A DNA stretch of 64,000 nucleotides from Amoebidium appalachense (taxonomy: Eukaryota > Protista > Ichthyosporea), in NCBI GenBank assembly GCA_963693365.1, contig CAVNZM010000018.1, positions 1,710,228 to 1,774,227 on the forward strand, in the 5' to 3' direction. Under the pieces are notes generated by a model, which was given only the letters and a program-made list of their open reading frames with translations, was not told the DNA's origin and ran no database searches. Both the position numbers and the translations under genes were made by a program. Of the stretch, positions 57,409 through 64,000 are shown piece by piece; the first letter of the stretch is position 1, and each line of letters starts with the position of its first letter.

Positions 57409-58926
57409 ATGGCTTTAACACAGACATTGTCGGTAAAGCCCCACTGCTTCTTCAAGTTTGTCAAACGCAATACCCAACATTTCAAGTTGGAAGACGCACA
57501 TCTGAAACCCCGCAACACCCAGACATACAAGTGGGCTATGGGGGACGTCTGTCTCTCCATCAACTTGTGGAGCACTCAAAATGATGTCGAACCAGTCTGT
57601 CTGACCTGTGTTACATCTCTGGTTTTTGAAGCAGGGCTGGGTGGCTACAGATTGTTGTTTATTTGTATGCGTCAAACAGCTGGAACGGAATACAAGTTTG
57701 CTGTAAGGTATGATTCAAAAAGCCGGTTTCTCGTGGACCAGCGGAAGCACCGTTTCGGGTCGATTGTGGTGAAGTGTGCTCCCTACGTGGCCGAAAAGTA
57801 CAAACAGGCTATTGTCCCTGGAAGACCTACGCCCTCGGACATGATGGAGGACATACAAAAAACGTGGCCACTTCTATTTGACTGGTACAACGGTCTCGTT
57901 GATCTTCAGAAGTCACTGACCGAGCTGATTGGGGTTGGCTCCGTTGAAGCCTCACCGGCTGTGGCAGGGTGTGGCGCCATGTCTCGGGACAACACCTTCG
58001 TACTGCTGCAAACCTATCTGCCAAAATCTGTTCGTTTTTTCCCTGGCACATCCCTCAAAATAGAGCATAATAGTGATGCTGTCCCCAAGTCCACACCAGC
58101 ACTCGGTGTTGTGACGGACAATGGTAAAATGTCCACTTGGAAGGTGTCAGCAGGAAAGTGGGGTTTCAGATGCCCGAAAGCATTCGTGTCGAACCTCTCT
58201 TCATGGCTGAAAAGCCAAGAACGTGAGCGCTACTATATAATGCATGTGTCGAGCCCAGAGCATGCTTCTGTTGTCATTATCGATTCGCAAGTCAAGGTGG
58301 TCGAGTGCTTTAACATGTCTGCCCCGGCAGGGCTAATCGCTGACGCCCTCTGTATGTTCCTTGAGGGGGCCGGTTACACTGGAAGCTCGAAAGTTCTGCG
58401 CACCTACCAACACGAATCTGTATGTAAGCGCCTTCAGACAAGTTTTAGGAGGGTTTTGTATGAGGGACTTGTCGATAGAAACGAAATACACGACTCGGCA
58501 TGTGCCTCCTGGTTGATGGTCTACATACTCCTGCGCACGTCAAGCTTCGACTGGGGTTCCCAACCGGGCAATGGAAACACCATTGGGGAACGGGTCTGCA
58601 ATCATATAACGACAAAGCTTGAGAAGGTGGACAGAGGATTCCGGGCAGTCTACAAAATCGGGGCCGTGCTGTCCCTGTACGGGAAGCAACTGACCGAACT
58701 CTACTGGGCTAAGATGCATGAAGCAGACATATATGTGGTGCAGCCGAATCTTGATGACCCACGGTACAGACAGGTAATACGAGAGGTAATAACCAAGAAA
58801 ACGGTCGTGTTGACCGATGCCGAGCTTGAAGCCGCAGGACTGCCGAGGCGCAGGGATGGAGAGCGGCTTGTGGAAGACATCGCGAAAGCAGCAGCGACAA
58901 CTCCGAATGCAAGTGTGCTCGCATGA
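57409..58926 (+). CDS. 505-aa protein with a putative CE-clan (Ulp1/I7-like) cysteine protease domain
   Basis: EHASVVIID..VECFN..RLQ..DSACASWLMVYILLR gives an H, (D/N), Q, C order. Confidence 0.65.
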   Translation: MALTQTLSVKPHCFFKFVKRNTQHFKLEDAHLKPRNTQTYKWAMGDVCLSINLWSTQNDVEPVCLTCVTSLVFEAGLGGYRLLFICMRQTAGTEYKFAVRYDSKSRFLVDQRKHRFGSIVVKCAPYVAEKYKQAIVPGRPTPSDMMEDIQKTWPLLFDWYNGLVDLQKSLTELIGVGSVEASPAVAGCGAMSRDNTFVLLQTYLPKSVRFFPGTSLKIEHNSDAVPKSTPALGVVTDNGKMSTWKVSAGKWGFRCPKAFVSNLSSWLKSQERERYYIMHVSSPEHASVVIIDSQVKVVECFNMSAPAGLIADALCMFLEGAGYTGSSKVLRTYQHESVCKRLQTSFRRVLYEGLVDRNEIHDSACASWLMVYILLRTSSFDWGSQPGNGNTIGERVCNHITTKLEKVDRGFRAVYKIGAVLSLYGKQLTELYWAKMHEADIYVVQPNLDDPRYRQVIREVITKKTVVLTDAELEAAGLPRRRDGERLVEDIAKAAATTPNASVLA

Positions 58927-58971
58927 GCAGGGGCGATTGCCACCTTTATTTTGAACACTGTCTGCCTGCTT

Positions 58972-59544
58972 TCAGCGTGACCCCCCCTTCTGATTCCGAC
59001 AGAACAGGTACCACAGACCGTGCAGCAGCGCATCCGCCATGTCGTCCTTCTTGCCCTCCCGCCCAAACTTGTCCCGCCACCCCTGCTCACTCTGCAGCTT
59101 GAGCGCTTGCTGCGTGTCGACCACCGCACGCCGCTTGTACACCGCATACCCCGCCTTGCCCGTCTCCGCAGGAGCCATTCCGTGGCGGGCGAGCCACGCC
59201 CCGCACTGGTTCTTGCGCGTGCCGTGCTGCAGCACCACGCCGGGCCCGTGGCCATTGGTCAATCTGAGGGTGAGGAAGTACGCCTGCAGCGCGTGCGCCA
59301 GCACGCTCAGCTTGGTGACCATCTGGCGCTCGATGACGACCATGTCGACGTCCGCGAACAGCGCGCGGTCCTCGTGCAGCCGGCGCAGCAGCAGCTCCAC
59401 CAGCACCGTGGCCGTGGTGTCCGGGTTGCCCACGAGCCAGCGGTCCCACGTGTGGATGATGAAGGGCGTGGCGGGGTCGTCGGTCGTGCTGAGCACGCAC
59501 ACCACCAGGTTCAGGAAGCCGATGTCGATGGCGGCCACACGCAT
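58972..59544 (-). CDS. RuvC-like Holliday junction resolvase (poxvirus A22 family)
   Basis: AAIDIGFLNL, VVIERQ and KKDDMADALL catalytic motifs. Confidence 0.93.
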   Translation of the reverse strand: MRVAAIDIGFLNLVVCVLSTTDDPATPFIIHTWDRWLVGNPDTTATVLVELLLRRLHEDRALFADVDMVVIERQMVTKLSVLAHALQAYFLTLRLTNGHGPGVVLQHGTRKNQCGAWLARHGMAPAETGKAGYAVYKRRAVVDTQQALKLQSEQGWRDKFGREGKKDDMADALLHGLWYLFCRNQKGGSR

Positions 59545-59622
59545 TGTGAGGGTGGGGGGTTGGGGGATTCCCTTTTATGCTTCCCTGCCCAACTCGTTTA
59601 CAAGAATATTGTTGGCACAGGC

Positions 59623-60138
59623 ATGGGAATCGGGACTTCACAGGCCACATGGGGATGGGACGCGGATTACGACCACGAGGTGTTTATCGACGGCGGCTCG
59701 GATTTGGCCGAAATGATACCACGGCTGGGCCAGCCGAACACATTCTACTTGCAGCTGACACTGCCGTGCGAGGATGTGTTGTCCGGGCAGGAGTCGTTTC
59801 TGTTCTTGATCGAAAGCGCACAGGCGCGGGAGCCCTGGATGATCCATGGGAGGGGGCACTACAACTGGCTCATGGTCGGGCGGCTCGAGGGGGTCCCCGT
59901 CGTCGTCAACATCATCTTCTTCGGTGACGAGGAGGAGGACAGGTTTGGCGTGTTCCTCATGGAGACGTCGTCCGATCCCCAGTACACCGACCGCTACCAG
60001 CAGTTCCAGGAGCGCGCACGTCACTGCGGCATGGCTGTGGCGCGCCGTGCGGCGTACGCGACATTCGAGTCCTTCTCGTTCGTGCCTAGGTTCCCACAGG
60101 TTGAACGCCCCGCTGACAGGGCGGCTATGGGCGGGTAG
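59623..60138 (+). CDS. Hypothetical protein with an N-myristoylation motif (171 aa)
   Basis: Starts MGIGTS (MGxxxS). GC-rich coding-like sequence. Confidence 0.7.
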   Translation: MGIGTSQATWGWDADYDHEVFIDGGSDLAEMIPRLGQPNTFYLQLTLPCEDVLSGQESFLFLIESAQAREPWMIHGRGHYNWLMVGRLEGVPVVVNIIFFGDEEEDRFGVFLMETSSDPQYTDRYQQFQERARHCGMAVARRAAYATFESFSFVPRFPQVERPADRAAMGG

Positions 60139-60165
60139 AGGTCAGGAATTATCTGGGAGTCTCTT

Positions 60166-61524
60166 TTATTTAACCGCGACCAGCGCCGAGAAACAGCCAG
60201 TCACCCTTGTCCCGGTCTCGTCCACCACCACCAGCCGCAGCGTGTCGACGTGGTCCAGCGTCCCCAAGATCTGCGGGCTCGCCAGCATGTCGTCCACCGC
60301 CCCGCCCGCCGCCCCCTGCACACCCGGCGCCATGATGCGCCCCTGCAGGTTCGTCTCGCCCTGCATGACGTGCACCATGAGCGCCCCCCGCGGGCCCAGG
60401 GGTGCATCCGTCCCAAACACGCACTGGATGTTGTCGCCCTGGCACGGCAGCTGCTGGTCGCCCTCCTCCACGGCCGCATGGTCTCGCCCGTCGAAGTAGC
60501 GGGCCAGCGGAGGCAGCCCCGCTGTCAGGCTGTGGCTGACGTGCGCGCCGGCCGCCATTCCCAGCACGCTCCCGAGCCCCCGGCACACGTCAAGCGAGAA
60601 CGTCGGCACCGACGCATACGGCAGCCAGTGCTTCATGGTGTCCGGGTCCATGTTCTTGCGGTGGTGGATGCTGATGACCAGTCGCCCGGGCAGCGCGAGC
60701 TTCGAGGGCGTCATGAGGTTGTACAGCGTGTTGTGGAACGGCCACTGGATGCGCCCGTGGGTGTCACGCTCGTTGGCCAGCTCACGCCACGCCCATGCGT
60801 TCTCCCTGTAGTACAGCTGCGCGAGCATCAGCGCCTCGAATGCGATCTCGTCGCGCGGGCCCTGCCGGCGTGGCGCCCACCGCGTCTTGCACACAAAGTC
60901 CTGGTGCCTGGTCCACGCCTCGCCGTTGCGCTCGGCGTCCCGGCGCAACCGCTCCGTGTGTGTGACGCTGGCGTAGTAGGGCAGCGTGTCCGGGTACATC
61001 TCCAAAATGTCCGCCACCTCCTCGGGGCTGTAGCTGGGGTTGAAGCAGGCGGCGATGGCGGCGTCCAGCCGCATCTCGAGCTCGGCGTACAGGGTGTCCA
61101 GGGTGTAGTTGCCCACAGGCAGGTACACGTCGGTGGACGCCTTCACCCACATGCCCGGGGGCCGGCCGTCGGGCGAGTCCAGGTACGACAGCGACAGCGT
61201 CAGCCTGTTTGCGCCCTCGCACACGTCGTACACGCTGTGCGCCTTGAAGCCCTCGACACGGATGCCGTGCACGGACCGGGTGGCGGGAAACTCCACCTGC
61301 AGCGGCCGGCACTCGGACCCGCCCGTCACGAAGTGGTAGCGCCACTGGCCCTGCGGCGGCTGCGGGGGCTCGACACGCGGGGGCGCCTCGCTCGGCACCG
61401 ACACGCTGCGGGGGGCCGAGGGCAGGGCCGGCCCGTGCGGGAACGCTGCCCGGCGGGCCACTGCCGCCGAAAAATCGATGTGGGATGCCATGTCGTCAAG
61501 GATGCGGGAGCGCGCATGCGACAT
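60166..61524 (-). CDS. Putative minor capsid (penton) protein with an insertion domain
   Basis: VEFP..V.GI.V..YDV..GANRL..VYLPVGNYTLDTLYAELE..L; LGSVLGM; C-terminal LDHVDTLRLVVVDETG..FS. This is the pattern of NCLDV/Polinton-like pentons. The start may be 61491. Confidence 0.65.
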   Translation of the reverse strand: MSHARSRILDDMASHIDFSAAVARRAAFPHGPALPSAPRSVSVPSEAPPRVEPPQPPQGQWRYHFVTGGSECRPLQVEFPATRSVHGIRVEGFKAHSVYDVCEGANRLTLSLSYLDSPDGRPPGMWVKASTDVYLPVGNYTLDTLYAELEMRLDAAIAACFNPSYSPEEVADILEMYPDTLPYYASVTHTERLRRDAERNGEAWTRHQDFVCKTRWAPRRQGPRDEIAFEALMLAQLYYRENAWAWRELANERDTHGRIQWPFHNTLYNLMTPSKLALPGRLVISIHHRKNMDPDTMKHWLPYASVPTFSLDVCRGLGSVLGMAAGAHVSHSLTAGLPPLARYFDGRDHAAVEEGDQQLPCQGDNIQCVFGTDAPLGPRGALMVHVMQGETNLQGRIMAPGVQGAAGGAVDDMLASPQILGTLDHVDTLRLVVVDETGTRVTGCFSALVAVK

Positions 61525-61615
61525 TACATTGGGGCACAATAAAAAAGAAGCCAGCTCTGGACACAAAGGGCAATGGAAATGCCAGCCTTTCTTTGATTGG
61601 TTCATCTGATTCATG

Positions 61616-62152
61616 CTAGAACTCAACCAGCGTGCCATGTTGCTTCTCGCTCTCCGGCACTTGTGCGGCCATCACATACGTGACCTGCGATTCCGATGCA
61701 GCCACACCGGACTTGTTTGACCACGCATCCAACGGCCATTTCTTGACGGCTTTCCTCATGTAGCAATAGCCTTTTGGCCGCTTCCCGTCCATATCCTGCC
61801 ATGGCGAATAGCCCACCTGTTCGCATCCGCTCGTAGATTGGCATCGGTCAATGCACTGACTGGCCGACGTGTACCCATAGTTCACCGAGTCTTGCCAGTC
61901 GTTAAACGTGTTGTCCGTGCTGTGGTCCCCCACTTGGTCGAAAGCATACCACTGTGTCCGTGCGACTGCAGGGGTACTGTCGTTTTTGCCAGCGCCAGGC
62001 TTAGGGGTACTGTCGTTTTTGCCAGCGCCAGGCTTAGGGGTACTGTCGTTTTTGCCAGCGCCAGGTTTGGGTTCGTACTTGATGTATGCCCATATCAACA
62101 CACCAGTAGTAAGCATTAGAATGATTAAGGCAATCGCATTTGAGAAGTCCAT
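61616..62152 (-). CDS. Membrane-anchored PAN/apple-like domain protein
   Basis: N-terminal TM, 3x KPGAGKNDSTP, then SASQCIDRCQSTSGC..GYCYMR. Confidence 0.75.
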   Translation of the reverse strand: MDFSNAIALIILMLTTGVLIWAYIKYEPKPGAGKNDSTPKPGAGKNDSTPKPGAGKNDSTPAVARTQWYAFDQVGDHSTDNTFNDWQDSVNYGYTSASQCIDRCQSTSGCEQVGYSPWQDMDGKRPKGYCYMRKAVKKWPLDAWSNKSGVAASESQVTYVMAAQVPESEKQHGTLVEF

Positions 62153-62231
62153 TCTTCTTGCGCAAATAAAAGCTGGTGTGGCTGAACAAAACAAAGAATC
62201 GACAGGCCAATTCTGGTTTTCGGAGAAATGA

Positions 62232-62627
62232 TTAACGTCTGATGAGCGTGCAACGGCACTCCCAGTTGGACGCGTTGGTGCCTGGTGGGGGCTGGGGCGG
62301 GTCCACGGGCATTGTGGGCATGGGTTCGTCGGTTGGTTCGCCTTCAGTGACGGAGGTGGGGATCTCGAATATGTCGGTGTCCGTGTCGGTGGGAGTTTCC
62401 GAGGCCGAGGTGGTTTCGATGGTTTGGATCGAGGCGGCGGCTGTTCTGGTGGCTGCAACGGTCTCCACGTGCGTCAGGGTCGCCCACCACGTCTTTGTTT
62501 CGGCAGTGGAGCTGGGCGGCACGTGCGCGGTGGTTGCCGCAAGGGTTGCCGAGCTCGCAAACACCAGGCACTCGGGGGCCGCAAGGGCAAGTGCAAGCAG
62601 GGGGGGACACAGGAGCAGCGCACGCAT
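62232..62627 (-). CDS. Secreted mucin-like Thr-rich protein
   Basis: Signal MRALLLCPPLLALALA, a T/E/P-rich body and a C-terminal WECRC. Confidence 0.7.
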   Translation of the reverse strand: MRALLLCPPLLALALAAPECLVFASSATLAATTAHVPPSSTAETKTWWATLTHVETVAATRTAAASIQTIETTSASETPTDTDTDIFEIPTSVTEGEPTDEPMPTMPVDPPQPPPGTNASNWECRCTLIRR

Positions 62628-62676
62628 TGATAGTCGGCTACAAAATATCAGAGCTCGAGCAGCGCCAGAAAAAGCG

Positions 62677-63234
62677 TCAGGCCCGGGAACGGAACAGGTC
62701 CACGCACACGCGGACGCGCCACACGTGCAGCAGGCACAGCGCAAGGTTGACGCCGCGGAACCCATACTGCATGGTGGGGCTCGTGTCTGCGACCAAGGAC
62801 ACAAACCACGAGGGCATGGGCAGGGGCCCCACGCCGAGCACGCCGATGGAGAAGGCCACGCCGAGCTCCACGCGGCCCTGGGGCGGTGCGCTTGGCGGGG
62901 GGAGGGCTGGCGGGTCTGTGTCCTGCAGACGCACCCGCACGCCCGCCAGACCCGTGTCGGGAACGTGGTTGGGCTGCGGGAGCGGGCAGTCGCTGAACCC
63001 AAAAGAGCTTGCCCGAGCACGGTCGTCGGTGAACGTGACGACGTTGGCCTCGGGCAGCGCCCTCCCGTACATGCGTGTCTCACCGAGCATGGCGGTGACC
63101 AGGTCGCCTTCGCGCCGCCACTGCAGGCCCATGCCCGTGTGCCTCGTGTTGGCCAGGTCCTCGGGCCACTCCACCGGGCAGCTGAGCAGCGCGAGGTTGC
63201 GGCTGACGAAGCGGTCGCCGTGCGTGATGTGCAT
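62677..63234 (-). CDS. Hypothetical protein (185 aa)
   Basis: Fills the gap in the compact gene array with a protein-like sequence. Confidence 0.55.
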   Translation of the reverse strand: MHITHGDRFVSRNLALLSCPVEWPEDLANTRHTGMGLQWRREGDLVTAMLGETRMYGRALPEANVVTFTDDRARASSFGFSDCPLPQPNHVPDTGLAGVRVRLQDTDPPALPPPSAPPQGRVELGVAFSIGVLGVGPLPMPSWFVSLVADTSPTMQYGFRGVNLALCLLHVWRVRVCVDLFRSRA

Positions 63235-63282
63235 GCACTACAGGAAGATTAAGCCGGCACAAAATGCGCCCGTGACGTAACA

Positions 63283-63648
63283 ATGCAGCTGGTACTCCTT
63301 CTTATGGCGCTCTGCGTGACCACCCTGCTCGCGCTCGCGCTGCGAGATGCGGTGCGCACGGTGTTCGGTCGTGACCCGCCCTGCGACGCACCCACCTGTG
63401 CCGCCCTGCTTTACGACAAGCGCCTGGCCGCGGGCTGGGAGGCCGACACAGCCCGTTTTGGCGAATGCGGCCGGTGCCCGCGCATGGAAGTTTCCAATGT
63501 TAACGGCCTGCGCTACTGGAACGAGGAGAAGGGTCAATGGTTCTCTGCACAGATGTCCTATGCCGACTTTGCCACACGCCTGGGCGACGACCGCACCGCC
63601 TGGCTCGCGCGGCTGGCCGCTGCACTGAGAGGGGAGGTCCTCCGCTGA
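63283..63648 (+). CDS. Small membrane or secreted protein (121 aa)
   Basis: Hydrophobic N-terminus and four Cys. Confidence 0.65.
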   Translation: MQLVLLLMALCVTTLLALALRDAVRTVFGRDPPCDAPTCAALLYDKRLAAGWEADTARFGECGRCPRMEVSNVNGLRYWNEEKGQWFSAQMSYADFATRLGDDRTAWLARLAAALRGEVLR

Positions 63649-63690
63649 GGCAGGGATCAATCCACCTCAATTCCTGACCTTTTGATGCCC

Positions 63691-64000
63691 TCAGGGGAGG
63701 AGGCGCGCCGCTTGTTCTCGGACCTCGTTCACAAGCTGCTCCCCGTCCTTGCGTGTTGGCAGTCCTGCATCCTTAAGCTCGGCATCGGTCAATACGAGAA
63801 CTTTCTTGGAAAGCACCATGTCCACGACCTCTCGGTAACGCTCCTGTTGATTGACGCCGTCTTGCGCCCACCAATCCGCGGTTTGATACATCTTAGCCCC
63901 GTAGAGTTCGACCAGGCGCTTTCCGTACATCGCGATCGTTCCCCCGACCTTATAGACCGCTTGGAATCCCCCATCCCTTGCGATTTTCGTCTTGATGAAG
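63691..64000 (-). CDS. 3' end of a paralogue of 57409-58926 (runs off the window)
   Basis: GFQAVYKVGGTIAMYGKRLVELY.AKM..RYREV..KK..VLTDAELKDAGLPTRKDGEQLV aligns with the C-terminus of the 505-aa protein. Confidence 0.85.
   Translation of the reverse strand, partial: FIKTKIARDGGFQAVYKVGGTIAMYGKRLVELYGAKMYQTADWWAQDGVNQQERYREVVDMVLSKKVLVLTDAELKDAGLPTRKDGEQLVNEVREQAARLLP

Noticed and set aside
60250-61542. 430-aa plus-strand ORF and similar overlapping ORFs at 55-63 kb
   Set aside because: Antisense or alternative-frame shadows expected in GC-rich coding DNA.

Overview
Eukaryotic genomic DNA with two compartments. It is intron-rich and dense in microsatellites, and its style suggests a unicellular holozoan such as an ichthyosporean (inference only). 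Host part (~1-30 kb): a spliced class I phosphatidylinositol-transfer protein gene (+, first exon outside the window, includes an 8-nt microexon), a short spliced WIP/verprolin-like gene (-), a decayed multi-exon S28 prolylcarboxypeptidase pseudogene (-), tRNA-Leu-derived repeats, and an intronless di-ubiquitin-AN1 zinc-finger fusion gene (-). From ~30.1 kb to the window end lies an endogenous giant-virus (Nucleocytoviricota-like) element. Its left arm is invaded by tandem repeats and carries an intron-containing KDM4-like JmjN/JmjC demethylase gene and an orphan ORF bracketed by two inverted arrays of one 50-bp repeat. Its right arm is compact and intronless: three PD-(D/E)xK nuclease paralogues (one fused to a copy of the helicase C-terminal domain), a C2H2 zinc-finger protein, a D5-like SF3 helicase, a Bro-N/KilA-like T5orf172 protein, an A22/RuvC resolvase, a penton-like protein, two protease-like paralogues and several membrane or secreted proteins, some with TATA promoters. 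Most ORF-track entries in the host part are microsatellite artefacts. All family assignments come from motif recognition by eye, with no database searches.
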